Source: Xylographa opegraphella | Lineage: Eukaryota | Reading direction: 5' to 3' | DNA length: 64,000 bases | Assembly: GCA_022813865.1 (NCBI GenBank) | Contig: JALDZX010000046.1 | Location: 62,001 to 126,000, forward strand | In this document: in pieces, positions 13,515 through 26,575 of the stretch | Numbering within the stretch: position 1 is the stretch's first letter | Layout of the letters: each line of letters begins with the position of its first letter | Notes under the pieces: model-generated | What the model saw: only the letters and a program-made list of their open reading frames with translations | Told to the model about the DNA's origin: nothing | Databases searched by the model: none | Made by a program: the position numbers and the translations under genes

Positions 13515-13970
13515 GTGGTTTCTCGCACTCAGTGCAAGGGTTTCGAAGGTGCTGGTGAGAGAGGTGGCTTTAGCGGGCATTTTGGGATGGTTGGGGGAAG
13601 GGTCTTATGATTCGAGCAAGTGAGTAAAACAAAAGAAGAGGCCATCGCGCTGCAGAAGGGGGCTGTGAGGAAAGTGTATATATTTCTCGGATCCCCCCCC
13701 CGCCTCGGGCGGGCGGGGGCATATGTCGCATCGTTACTGCTATCCCATCCCTTGCATCGCTGTTTCTGACGTTCGAAGAATGCGCTAGACTGCCGGTTTG
13801 TGCTGCACATACCAAACCTGAAGTGCCACACCCACCCTTCCTGCCTCCATCATGCGGCCAGCACCGTCGATATATTTTCCTCCGCTCCATCCATCCATCC
13901 ATCCCGCTCTACCCTCCTATCCACCAAACAGAAGCACCCACTTCCCTCCGCATCATACCCAGTACCCGAG

Positions 13971-15070
13971 ATGCCCAACCCGCAACCCCACCCCTCCCGT
14001 GCAACGGCCCTGTTCCTCCTCGCGCTGGACAGCGGCGCCCTGGGCCGCGCAGTGCCGTACACGGCGTTCGAGGGCCGCTCGCCGTTCGAGGGCAGCCAGA
14101 TGGAGGCGATTGAGCGGCTGAGAGCGAGGGGCGCGAGCGAGGTATGTACATAATTGTTCAGACGTCCGGTGTTTCGAAATGATGGTCGGGATATATATGG
14201 CTTTGCATTGTGCGTTTTGTATTGCTTGCGATTGCGTTATTGGCTGGTTGGCCATATCGCGACTTCGGGGGATTCTTGCTTTGGGAGATTGCTGGTCCGC
14301 GCTGGCAGAAAGAGATCTTCGCCCGCTTCCCGCATCCGCTTCCGGCGCCGGTGGCGGTGGGGGAAACGCCGTCGCAGTGGTCGGGGCTTTTGTATAGCGT
14401 GCTGGTGAAGCTAGGGGTCGATAGTGAGCAGCAGGGCGATGTGGTGGAGACCATTGAGGGGAAGATGGCGGGCGAGGAGAGGGAGCATGATAAGAGGGCG
14501 GTGGGTGAAGGGGTTGAGGAGATGGTTGATGATACGCAAGCTGGAATGCGGGCGAGAAGCCATGGCATGACTGGAGATGTGGGAGGAATGGTGGATGTGA
14601 ATGGATCTCTAGATGAGAGAGCTGTTGGAATGACGGAGAAAGACAGAGAGATGGCAGGTGGTGATGAGCATGCTACTCATGAGAGGGCCGTCGACATGGT
14701 TGAGAATATGCACGACGTGGCGACACTGGAACATGCAGCCAGTACGGCCACGGAGAAGCGCTGGACTGACGACGATAATGAGCATGCACAAGACAAGGAA
14801 TACCAAACTGCTGGAAATGCGCAAAAGGACTGGAAGACAAGCACAGAGATAAGCGTTCGCGCTGACATGACAATTGAGAAAAGAAGAATAGACTTGGACA
14901 TGGAGAACGGAGGACTAGAGGTCCATGGTCAGATGGGTGGGTTGAAAGGTCTGTGTTGGCGCCAATTGTGCGAGCAACATAAAGCTGATATTGTGAAGCA
15001 ATCCATATCAGAGACACGTGAGGCCACACAAGAACCGGAAAGGATACAACATATTATGCTGCGTTTCTGA
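13971..15070 (+). CDS. Hypothetical protein, structure uncertain (possibly degenerate)
   Basis: 57-codon ORF from ATG 13971 ending at a GTATGT donor (14142), followed by a 286-codon ORF with acidic degenerate repeats (EHD/ERAV); no clean in-frame acceptor found. Confidence 0.35.
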
Positions 15071-17089
15071 TGCGAAGCCGAGCTCGGATCGCACTGGATG
15101 CGATATTTTTGGCTTCGACGCTGGTAGTAGTTGCGGTTGACGTATGTGATGCTTTCATTGATGACTCTAATGAAGTATTCCAAGTGGTGCGGTTATGGCC
15201 ATAGTCTTTTTCTCGCTAACGGATACCAATCGTTCATTCTTAAACACAATGATGCCTTCGTGCTGGTTGCAAATGAAGCTAGAGCAAATCATCGGCACGT
15301 AAGACGGCAACTCTGTAAAGAAGGATTAATGAACCATACTAAAGTGGCTCTCCGGGCTGGACCCTTTCGTGTGCAAACCACAGCACAACCAAAATCGAAG
15401 ACTTTGTTGACCTGTTACTCGTGGTTAATTACCTGTGTCAAAGTATTCAAGCAAATTGGCCAGAATACGCGACTTCGGCTCGTCAACCAGCAAACGAGTG
15501 GACCCTGAGAAGTGACTGAAAGTAGTCCACTTTGTTGGGCGTCTTAGACGCTTCTTGGGATTTCTTTTCCTCACGTCCATGCAGTACTACACCTGCAAAG
15601 CAAACTTTCAATCTTTTGCCATTGACTACGTCAGTGTGTATGACATTACTATAACACAGAAAGGCGCATAGAATACATTGGCCACAAATAATACGTTATG
15701 GCTCAACTGGAAAGACATAATAGCTGCTGAGTTGATGAACCTCTCGGCGTGACATACAAAGAATGCAATTGAGCATTATCTTGAGTAGCAACTCTAGAAA
15801 ATAGGCAGGAAACCATCACCAAAAAATACTAAACTATAAGGTCTGGCACTAGAGTGACAATGCAGGATGTCAATTGAGTGTGGCGTACAGACCGAAGAAA
15901 GAGGGCAAGCATAGGCTAGAAAAGGCTCGACTCCTCGTAATCCAGGTTTACTCGAACCTGAGTCAGAAAAAAACAGAAAGATATCAATTTTATGCTGTTC
16001 ACATGTCACACTGAGTACCTGGTGTATGGTAATAGAAGCCAGGTCGCAGCTTGAAGACTTTGGCTATTTCCTGCCAGGCTTCAACTTCCAGGCATACAGG
16101 TTTTTAGGGAACTTCGACTATGAAGCTTGAAAGAACCCAGCATCTATCAAGGGACCTCGTCCAATGGAATAACTGTCCGACGGAGCCTCTTTCATGGTGG
16201 TTGATGCTGAGCTAGTTGCCGTTGCCTACCACGTTACCCAAACGAATATCTATTCCAGTCCAATGGTTGGGGCCGTTGTGAGACCGGTAAATATATTGCG
16301 CATAAGCCGAGGACAACACGGGCCTTTGTGCCTTTGTGCTCATAGAAAGATTGGAAATTGAAAGGGTGAAGTCTGGAGCACAAGTTTTTCGCCGCGCATC
16401 ACGACAAGGACTCCAGACCAACGATAATATATGTAGTAGGTACACAGCAAGGAAGAAGGCGGTTAATCCAGTTCCACCGACTCAAACCAGGTCGCTCGAC
16501 ATAGGGACCAAGACCATCCGATGCGTAGTGATGGATGCACACAGCAGGGAGCGAGATCAATGGAAGCAGTGAAGTCGCAACTTGCACCGGGAGACTTTTT
16601 CCTAATTACTCTTAGGGCAACGCTTCGGGCGCTAGTCCTAAAGCACTAGGTCTTGTCCCGCATATCGATTGCTGCATTTCGCTGGAGGTTGTGTGGCCAA
16701 CTCCGCCGACGTCGTTTTGTCATCCTTCGTAAGGGACCAGACAACCCCTCTGAGGCTCCATGCTTGGACGGCCTTGCGCTTGTGAGAGGCTACATTACCT
16801 CCACTTATATTCTATATGTAGCAATGACGTTGAGGCGCTCCTGAGCGGCACAGATAGAGCTCGACCCCGTTCCTGGACGACCCAGGACTCGAGAAGCGCT
16901 AGAAACTATGAAGGGCAGGCCAGCTAATGAGTAATAATACCCGGCAGCACCTCCAGTGCTTTGGCTGTTTTGGGCTCACCTTGCAGATCGGGAGGGCATA
17001 TCCGCATCTCAAATTTATATTTCTTCCGTAGCATAACGAATTACTATTTCCCTTCCACTTCTCCATCACCGGCCTTGGAGACGAGCAAA

Positions 17090-18691
17090 ATGAGCAATCT
17101 TGGGGACTACCGCATGTATGCCGTTGCTGGCATCGTCCTTACTGCTGGCTTGGTTCTACTCCTGAGCAGGCATCAGCGAGAGAGAATTCTTTCCTATGTG
17201 CATACCTCGTCCAGAGGCCGACGAACTTCAACATCCAAGACTCCACCCCGATCCGTATCACCAGAAAGGAAAACCCCTACCGATGGTCCTTCCGTTGACT
17301 ACAAAGACATATTTCCCCCTTCAACTCGGGAGAACTTGGTAAAAGCGTCGGAGTTCTTGTCACTATCTCAGAGCAACAAGTTAAATGCTGGTGAAATTGA
17401 TAGTGCTCTGTTCCGGAAGGGTATTATTCCATTTACTGCAGATTTCAGAGAGTGTGGTCCTTCGACATATACGCCAACAGAGGTATCAATTGAGGAAGTC
17501 CAAGCTCTTGGAGATTTCCCTAACTATGCGGAACTAAGCGGAGTACCTCTGCCTGAAGCATATGCAGAATTCAACATCGAAACTGCCATAGCTCGACCAT
17601 ACCGACCACTACGATGGACCTATCACCAAACCATGGGTATGTTTGCAGAGATGTCTGCTCTAGATGTCATACTAATATGATTTCAGCCCTCACAAAGATG
17701 GAGAATGACTGGTGGCTTGAGCTAGACAAAAACTACAAGTCACGGATTGTTGAACGCGAACAGCTCTTCGAGAAGTATGGGAAAATGGTCCTCGACTACC
17801 TCCCAGGAAGCGAGCTAGCCAGCAAAGAACTTATGGAGATGGTTCTTCAGTTCCTCTGTGCCCGCTATCCGCAGTACTTCTCACTTTCGAAGAGCGCAGC
17901 GGAAGGCTATGTATTTCATAACGCGATCATGGAAACCAAGACAGTCATCAACTCTATGCACCCGCTACACGTTCTTCTGCATAATGTGCCTGAAGATTTT
18001 GCCATTATGCTCCGGAATCCTGAAGACGGCTTCTACTACTTTCGCGCCGGTCTTCTCTGCTCAGCACTTGGATGGAATGTTAGTACGAAGATAGGTCTGC
18101 AGCTCAAGCAGATTCATGAACCAATTCCGGACTACAAAGAGAAGATGGAGTTTTCCATGGATCGGTAAGAAACTCCTCAGTGAGTTGCATTGTATACTAA
18201 CAGTTTCAAGCTACTTCTCCAGGCTTCCCACTTCTCGCCCCATTCAGCGGGGGTCATGGGGTTTGGAAGTGGACAAACCCCTTTTCATGCCACCGGGTGA
18301 TCCACACGAAAGATATCGTGACCTGCAAACCCCCGACCTACCTCTTTCCCGCATTCATCTCCGAGTCGACTGGCAGACTCTTCGACGATTACCTCTATCC
18401 GGCTCCATTATTTTCAACTTCAAGGCGCTTTTCACCCCAGTCGAGGAATTCAGACACGAGCCATATATTCCAGCTCTGTTGAGTAAGATATTGAAGGAAG
18501 GTAAGAAGAACCTTATGGATTACAAGAATACGTGGCATGTGGAGCATGTAGTGCTACCAAAACTTGAGGAGTGGGAAAAAGAGCAGGTCGACAGGGGCAT
18601 GGTAGAGGATAATTGGGAAGTTAGGACATTGGACGAGAGCCCTTGGTTTCCGCGGTGGGAAGAGCAGTGGCATCGGTGCCAAAATTTTTGA
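17090..18691 (+). CDS. DUF3445 / HRQ-family protein (heme-dependent oxidative N-demethylase alpha-subunit-like)
   Basis: RPYRPLRWTYHQTM, WWLELD, FLCARYPQYF, VPEDFAIM, QIHEPIPDY, IQRGSWG, LRVDWQTLRRLPLSGSIIFNFKA; N-terminal TM; two introns. Confidence 0.8.
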
Positions 18692-19314
18692 TCGGGTATC
18701 TGGAGGCTGTCTGATCACACATCCGATGGAGGCTGTTTGAAAAATATATCGAACATATATACCACTTGGGCGGGTTGTTCTACTTGGATGGGTTTTTTGG
18801 AGGGTAGGAGGCTTTGGCATGAAGGCAAAATGGCAGGAATGACTATTACTTGGAGATAGATGACGGCCTTTGTTTTTGAATCTTGGATAATACTATTTGG
18901 GAAAGAGGACTGGATGAATTTCCTCCCAACATCGCAGGCACTGGGTTGTATGAGTTGGACCTAATGATGACACACCACTAAGGTTGGGTAGTCTCGAGCC
19001 ATTATTACAAATGCATCGTCTATTGTTTGACCTTGGCTCCAGCTGCGTTATTCATACAAGACGCAAGCAGTTGAAGTAGGACCAACCTCGATATTTGATG
19101 CCCAGAGTGACAATGCGAATATACAATTCATTTAAACACTGGGATTCAGAGCAGAGATTCACTTCGAATGCCTACACTCATTGCATTGCCTCAGCGCCAC
19201 AAACCTGCCCTCCTCTCCTTCTCCGTCGTCGCCTTCGACCGATCTCCACGGCCTCCTCATCACAATCCCCAGCTCAGAGAGACCCAAAAGCCCCAGTCAC
19301 AACCAAACACACCC

Positions 19315-19915
19315 TTAAGCCCCATCGCCCCAAATGCCCACCACACTCATCCCCCACCCGAGGGCCCAGACCCCTCCGCGAAGCACCTGCCCCCACCGCC
19401 ACCCCTCCATCTCTTCCCTCACCATCTCGCCATTCACCTCCCCGCTCTCCGCCCGCGCCTTCGCCCAGCCCGGGCTCCGACCCTCCTCGAGCGTGAGCTC
19501 CTTCTCTGCATCTCGCCGCCACCAGCCGATGCCCCAGCCGGCGAGCAGTGTCGACGTCGTCCATAGGAGATAGGGGTGTTTGGCTTCCCGCGGCGAGACG
19601 GCGTACGCGAGGAGGAAAGAGGTCGCCGCCAGGGAGGCGAGTGCGGTTTGGTAGGTGGCTGTCGAGCGGCGGAGGGTGGTGAATGAGGCGAGGGCCGGTG
19701 GGAGGGTGGGGAGGGAGAGGAGGGGAGGGAGGATGAGGGAGGAGAGCGTGAAGGAGGAGCCCTGGGGGATGGTTAGTGGTGGTGTATGATTAGATGGAAA
19801 ATGGGGGTGGATGATGGGCTGTGCTGTGGGGGGAGGCAAGGGAGGGCGTTACAGTCAAGAGGCCGAGGGAGATGGTTCCCACGAACTTGGAGGCGAATAT
19901 TGCGGGCCGTGACAT
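19315..19915 (-). CDS. ATG33: Autophagy-related (mitophagy) protein Atg33-like membrane protein
   Basis: MSRPAIFASKFVGTISLGLLT spliced to GSSFTLSSLILPPLLSLP; KHPYLLWT, VNGEMVREEM, C-terminal MSVVGIWGDGA. Confidence 0.75.
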
Positions 19916-20797
19916 CTTGGGTTGTGGTAGAATCGGAGGGATGGTGAGGGCGCAGAAAAGGGGCCTCGCAGCCGTTCGGTCTTTGATGGTTTTTGGTGTA
20001 ACTCCGTTGGTGGTCTGGAGGTGATGGAGATTGAGCGGCGGTAAAAGGGCGACTTGTTGGATTGCTTGGAAGCGGAGTGACGTCCTGGCCAATCAGGAGC
20101 GGGCGCCAAGAATTCGGCTGTATGGTAGATACCTCCTTCTGGGTATGTTGCAAGTTACTATTGTTCACTGCAATGAGGGCTATCCATGGCGATGATTACC
20201 GAGACTTCTTCTACCAGCCTGAAAACCACAGTATGGCTACCGTGGGATATCATGATGATATGCTGACAAGCTGCGATGTCTATAGCCAAGGCAGCGGAGT
20301 ATTATGTTGAAGCAACCGTGGAGTAGTGATTTTTGCTGGGCAGTCAAGGAAATGTACAATCGTGACTCTACCCATTCTCGACAAATATTCATGTTGCTCT
20401 GTACGCTGGGTAGCTTGCTGTTGTCCCTTTGACCTCAATTCTCATCCAGCATATGAGCGAAGCGCACTTCTGTGGCTGGTAGAGGATCCTCGAATCAACA
20501 TGCCGGTGCTTCTGAGGATCCGATATGCAGACCAGAGTATTCGCGGCCATCTAGCTGTGTTACGATTACAACGCATAGCTCGCCCGCATGTCGCTCACAC
20601 ACCAAGCTGACCACTCCTTTATTGTGTCCTCTAATGTCTAGCGTGGCGCCCCACGTCAGCATTGGTTCTATTTGCAATCCTCGAAAGCAGACGCTGACCG
20701 TTTCTTCCCTTGCGGAGCGTAACAAGTTCGTTACTTCATCATGGTTTCTTTCTAGTTTATATGTAAAGAGCTGCATTGTTATATCTATATTCTTCTT

Positions 20798-22287
20798 ATC
20801 TCTTCTACGTTGTTCAGCATTGTCGAGCACGTTAGTCCATGTCAGCACATCCGGGAGTACCCGAATGGCCTCAAACGTGGGAAGACAACCACACCCCAAT
20901 TAGTGGCCAAGCAATATATACCCTTGAGTGATTTGGAGCCTGACGAACATGCTATTACTATCATTGCTGCCCATGCCTCCGGTTTCCTAAGGTAGAAAGG
21001 CCCGTCCACGTTATTCTTCTTCGGCATTCTACTTCACTTCCAGAGTTGTAGCCATATACGGGGGCTAATGGTTTTGATGTTGTAAAGGAGGTCTACGAAC
21101 CGTTATGGGATGAGCTCTTGCAGCGGTCCAGGAAGAATGGCTTCAGTATAAGAGGCATATGGATTGCCGATATGTACAATCACGGTGCTAGCGGGGTTCT
21201 GAATGCGTATCTGCAAGGAGATGACCGTACGTGTAGGACCCAAGGTCTGGTCTTGCTACTGTGTAATAATGACGCCTTAACAGCGTCCTGGTTCGATCAC
21301 TCTCGCGATCTTCTCCTTATGATCAACCAGTTCAAAGAGCAGATGCCTCCACCACTTGTAGGAATTGGTCACAGCATGGGAGCCACGCAGCTGTAATTGG
21401 CTGTCCGATGGCATTTCTATTCCTCAACGACACTGACCAGAGTTCAGCGTTCACCTGTCCATCATGCACCCGCGCCTTATCTCCTCGCTTATGCTTATCG
21501 AGCCGGTGATCCAGAGCGACGTCCCTCCCGGCATCAACGCCGCCATGAGGTCCACCTTCCGGCAGGACCTGTGGCCTTCCCTCCCTGCCGCCTACGCCGC
21601 CCTTCGCAAAAACAAGTTCTTCGGATCATGGGAGCCACGAGTCCTGGACAATTCCTCGAGCACAGGCTCCGTAACATGGTCACAGCTGACCTTACCGCTA
21701 TATCCAGAGTACCGAAGGAGTCTGTGACTCTCAAGACAAGTAAGCACCAGGAGGCGTGGTGTTTTACACGTCAGAACTTCGAACCAATTGGAGAGCCCGG
21801 GGACGAGGAATATATCCGGCAGAATCGTCTGGTGTCTCCGGACCTAGATCCCACTGAGCATGGTCGCTTTCTCTCGCACCGCGCCGAGCCGGTCATCACG
21901 CTAAGCAACCTACCATTCCTCCGGCCCCGTGTCCTCTACCTCTTCGGAGGCAAAAGCCCTTTATCCAACGTTCATATGCAAGCACAGAAAGTAGATGCCA
22001 CAGGCGTAGGGGTCGGCGGCAGCGGTGGAGTCGCAGAGGGAAAGGTGGAGAAAGTAGTATTCGAGGCCGCGGGCCACCTACCTCCGTACGAACAGGTTGG
22101 GGACTGCGCGGAAGTCACGGCTGCGTGGTTGGGCAGACAGGTTCAGCATTTCAAGCGGGAGGACGCGTTCTATGTGAGTTATGATAGTGGCAGGTCGGAG
22201 CGGGACATGCTAGTCACGTCGGCGAGGTGGCAGCGGATGGTGAGGCTGCCGAGGAGCACTCTGAGACCGATGAAGGGCAATTTCTAG
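20798..22287 (+). pseudogene. Alpha/beta hydrolase (Lpx1/'toxin biosynthesis protein'-like), apparently disrupted
   Basis: EHVSPCQHIREYP, EVYEPLWDEL, IWIAD, SWFDHSRDLL, nucleophile GHSMG, AGHL; ATC where the start is expected (20798); 1-nt shortfalls at ~20987 and ~21651. Confidence 0.7.
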
Positions 22288-22836
22288 ATTTTTGGTCATA
22301 CTGAAAGTCCGTTCAGTCGTTGACGGGGTGCGTTCAAACATTAGTATTTGGTCGTTCCAAGGTATCGTACCCAGAACAATGGATGGTTGCTTGTCAGATC
22401 TTGATCGGGCTTGTAGGCAGATAGTTGTCAAAGCGGTAATATCATTATCCAGCAGCCAATCACGGAACTATATATGGGCATTCGATATTATAAAATGTTC
22501 ATTCTCGCTAAAAGTAGGCTAGTATAGCAGATGTATCAATTCCTCTTCGTCACTAGCTGTTAACGGCCTAGCCCCATCTCATATAGCCGCAGCTTCTAAC
22601 CTCGGTTCTCCAGAAATCGTACCGGCCGTACGTGATCCTTTAAGAATGAGCTCCGATCTTCAATTCCAGAGACGCTTCTTGCATTGTAAAGATTTCGGAG
22701 TGATACTGTGCTCTCTCTTTCTGTCTTGACTACGAACTCCACTGTACTGTATATATTTCTCTCTCTGAAAGAGCGATGAGTTATTGTTGCCGATACTAGC
22801 CAAACCACCAGTTACTTCATTTCTCTCGTCAAGAAA

Positions 22837-24029
22837 ATGCCCGTCTCCAAGTCTGGATATGTCAGCGATATCTGGAAAGATGGCATCTTCGGTACATTCT
22901 GATTCTATTTTGCGCTGTACCGCTCAGTATGAATTTTGTCCCTGAGCTTACCCGTGCCCAGCCAACAGAGTCGTCTTCTGCACCGGCGGCGCAGGCACTA
23001 TCTGCAGCGCTCAAGTGCGCGCCATGGTGCATCTCGGCGCCAACGCGTGTATAGTCGGCCGCAACGTCGAGAAGACGGAAGCGATGGCCAAAGATATTGC
23101 CACGGCCCGGCAAGGGGCCAAAGTAATCGGCATAGGGGGCGTGGATGTACGAAGTGCGGAAAGCCTGAACGCGACGGTAGCAAAGTGTGTGGAATCACTT
23201 GGCGGGATTGATTTTGTTATGTATGTTCGAACTTCGCAGACGAGGGTGAAGAAGAATACGTGGAAGATGAGACTGAATTTTCCCACAGCGCCGGCGCAGC
23301 AGGCAACTTCCTCGTACCTATGCGGCAGCTCAGTACCAACGCCTTCAAGTCCGTCATCGACATCGACGTTCTCGGCTCCTACAATACTCTCAAAGCAACG
23401 ATACCACAGCTCCTGAAGGCAGCCGCAAAATCGAAAGCGGATGGGAAGCCAGGTACGTATCTGCCTCCTCCACCTATGCACCATCCCTGCTACCTCGTCC
23501 GCACTTCCCCTTCCTGTTTTCTCGATATACCCCTCTCCCTCCTCGCCACCAAAATCTCTAACCCCTCTTTCCCTAACCAGCCGGCCGCATCATCTTCGTC
23601 TCCGCCACCCTCCACTACACGGGCGTCGCTCTCCAAACGCACGTCTGCGCCGCCAAAGCCGCCGTCGACGCCCTCTCCGCCAACGCCGCCATCGAGCTCG
23701 GCCCGCACGGCATCACCTCGAACGTCATCGCCCCCGGCGCCATCGCCGACACCGAGGGCCTGGCGCGTCTGGCGCGGCCCGAGGACGCCGAGGCGTCGGC
23801 GAAGCAAATCCCCCTCGGCAAAGCGGGCACGGTGAGAAATATTGCCGATAGCACGGTGTTCTTGTTCAGTGAGGGGGGGGATCATGTTAATGGTACGGTG
23901 GCTGTCGTGGATGGCGGGGGGTGGAGGACGCAGGCGGGGAATCCGGGGGCGGGGTTCGCGTATCCGGATTTCTTGCTGGGTGGGGAGGAGGTGAGGGGGG
24001 TGAAGGGGGGGATGAGGGCGAAGCTGTGA
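22837..24029 (+). CDS. SPS19: Peroxisomal 2,4-dienoyl-CoA reductase (SDR)
   Basis: SDIWKDGIF, VVFCTGGAGTICSAQ, GAAGNFL, IDIDVLGSYNT, HVCAAKA, NVIAPGAIADTEG, VVDGGGW; C-terminal PTS1 -AKL; multi-exon. Confidence 0.9.
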
Positions 24030-24549
24030 GAAGGGGTGGGATGGCTTGGTGGAGGGGTTGTGGCGTATGTGAATTGGCTGCACGGTTTTGGGGGAATGAT
24101 CTTCATAATGACATAGCAACCAGTACTGTAACTCTCATTTCCGTAAACGAAGCAGCGATTTGACACGGTGAGAGAGTCTCTTTCTTCTTCAGTACAAACG
24201 GCAATCGCTCGCGGGGCTATTCGTTACACATGATCGAAAGAAGCTCGAGCGTGGCGCTGTCAACCTACCTTGGGACCGAGATCGTGTGACTCCACCGCGA
24301 AACACCCTTACTGATCAAGTCGTCCTTGAGCAACATCAGCCTCCTGTATCACCACCAGTACCATCGCAGGCTACGAATGCCATCATGTACGCGACGGCGG
24401 AACGCTACAACAATGCTCCGCTCAAAGACCTCGCCAAATAGAAATTCACTTCGCACGAGTTCACCGTATGGTTTAGTCAGCTCCTCGAAGTATACGCCCA
24501 TTCGGTAGCGGAAAAGGAAGTAGCAGAGACAGACGTACCAGTCTTGCGA

Positions 24550-24983
24550 TGTGCAAAAGGCTTGCATTCTCTTGGCGCTCAAACTTTGCTCTCCCCCACC
24601 CAAAAATNNNNNNNNNNNNNNNNNNNNNNNNNNNNNNNNNNNNNNNNNNNNNNNNNNNNNNNNNNNNNNNNNNNNNNNNNNNNNNNAGAACTCTTCACCT
24701 TCTTAGTGATTAAGCAATGCACTGCTATCTGCTGCCAAAACCCCTGTGCCCAGTGATTAAATTCAATAAATTTCGATATTATATCTGTTACGCATATAGA
24801 CAGTAAAAATACGCGCGATTGATAGCCTTAATTAAAACAAATAGAATTCTATTAAAATACATATATTCAAACGGTAGTGGTGGACCTAGAATCCTAAAAA
24901 ACGTGCAATCAGTGAAATTCGGTGCATTTTTGGGTGGAGGAGAGCAAAGTTTAAGCGCCAAGAGAATAAAAGCCTTTTGCACA
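24550..24983. mobile_element. Putative non-autonomous DNA transposon/MITE with ~58-bp terminal inverted repeats
   Basis: 24550-24607 (TGTGCAAAAGGCTTGCATTCTCTTGGCGCTCAAACTTTGCTCTCCCCCACCCAAAAAT) is the reverse complement of 24926-24983 with ~4 mismatches; AT-rich interior; no clear TSD. Confidence 0.55.
24608..24686. other. Assembly gap (79 N)
   Basis: Run of N characters. Confidence 1.
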
Positions 24984-25446
24984 CGCTAATCTATCGGGAC
25001 TTCAATACACTTAAGATGTTCGTCCTTCTCGGCCATTACCGGGTAGCTCTAAAATATCTAAAAATGCGTACCGGCCGCTGCGAGCGATATGAGGTAGATT
25101 ATAAGAGTTTTCCGTCACCGGAGGGCTATCTTTGCCCCGTATTCGTAACATTCTCGGCCTGCTTGTTGTGTTGATTGTCATCGATACCCTACACTCATGG
25201 ACATAGTATCATCAGAACTATCCCTTACGGGAGTGTTGTACATCGTGTTCCTTGAGCCGATGTCTCTTTTCTCAGTAGTTCCAAAATCCCACGTGCCTTC
25301 TGTGAACCTGAAGTCCCTTTCTGCATTCAATTCAAACCCTGCTGGATTCACTTTGCCCTAGCTGTTGTGGCAACTGACGCTCAGAGTCTACCCAACATCG
25401 ATCGTCAATCATTGGTATCTGGAATTTTTTTTGAATATCAGTGAGA

Positions 25447-26565
25447 ATGTTGAACTTCAAGGCACTTCTTGAGTCTGGCGACTTCTCGGATCTGACGATC
25501 GTATGCAATGGTACGGAGAGTCATGTTCATCGGGTGGTGGTCTGTACCCAGTCTCCTGTCTTTGCTAAGATGTGTACCGGGGCTTTCAAGGTAATCCCTA
25601 TCAGAGACTTCACTCAGTGATAGGTTTGGAAGCTGAGATACTTGTGTTGGAAGCCACCAGCGGTGTTATCGATTTATCAGATCATGGTCTCCACGAACTG
25701 GATCATCTTCTGGATTTCCTATATACCGGAGACTACGACCAATATAAACCAAACACCAGTGGAGTTTAGGACGATTCGTCTTCCAGCAATGCTGAGGTCG
25801 CCGAGCCAATTCCTGATGCTCACACAATCCTGGCACACAAGCTCGTCCCTTCGCAGGCTACGAATGCAATCATGTACGCTATGGGCGAGCAATACAATAT
25901 CACGGCCCTCAAAGATCTTGCGGAGCACAAATTTGGCTCTCACGGCCCTCAAAGATCTTGCGGAGCACAAATTTGGCTCTCATGGGTTCACCGAGTGGTC
26001 CAGTCAACTGCCCGAGGTGATCGAACTCGTTTACACGACAACACCTGACTCAGATCGTCGCCTCCGAGACATCACTCGAGACAAGTGCGCGCCTCACGCA
26101 AGCTCGCTGATCCACGATCCAGCGATCGTAGAGGTTATGCTCGAAGTGCCTGCTTTCGGCATCGATCTCTGTAAAGGGATCCTAAGTCACTCCGAGCACC
26201 TCTGGAATAGTGAAAAGGCCAAAATGGAGCTGGCGAGTGAAAAAGAGGTAACGGAATAGCGGGTCAAAGCAGCAAATTCTAGGAAAGATGCCTTGGTGGC
26301 GAGGACTGCATTGACGAATGTGATAACGGAGGTCAACATTAAAAAGGAGGAGTTGAGACTCGCCCAATTATGCTACAGCGATTACGGAAGAGCAGCTGCG
26401 CCGACTGAAAGCAATCGCCACTTCGGATTACAGTTGTCCATCTTGTCTAACAGCCTAGCCTTCCTGGCGAATCGACGAGCCTGGGCTCCACGTAACCCGT
26501 TCCCTTGTTGTGAGATGTTCTGCATGTCTGAGCCCGCGTGGAGGGTGAACAATCCCATAGGGTGA
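25447..26565 (+). pseudogene. BTB/POZ-domain protein pseudogene
   Basis: MLNFKALLESGDFSDLTIVC..HVHRVVVCTQSPVF, LDFLYTGDY, MYAMGEQYNI, VYTTTPDSDRRLRD; acceptor reads TG at 25648-25649, stops at 25767 and 26257, frameshifting 40-bp duplication. Confidence 0.8.
25901..25980. repeat. Perfect 40-bp tandem duplication
   Basis: CACGGCCCTCAAAGATCTTGCGGAGCACAAATTTGGCTCT x2. Confidence 0.95.
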
Positions 26566-26575
26566 ACAATCCCAG
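26542..26575. repeat. 17-bp tandem duplication
   Basis: AGGGTGAACAATCCCA(T/G) x2. Confidence 0.85.

Noticed and set aside
13692..13720. GC hairpin (CCCCCGCC...GGCGGGGG) in a 3' UTR
   Set aside because: Low-complexity 8-bp stem expected by chance in a skewed island.
15500..16600. Possible spliced gene remnant on the minus strand
   Set aside because: One intron-like signal but no coherent ORF or recognisable domain.
4285..19915. Autophagy cluster ATG3 + ATG33
   Set aside because: About 14 kb apart with unrelated genes between them; likely coincidence.
24349..24549. Protein-like fragment abutting the TIR element
   Set aside because: Too short, and no matching continuation found across the element.
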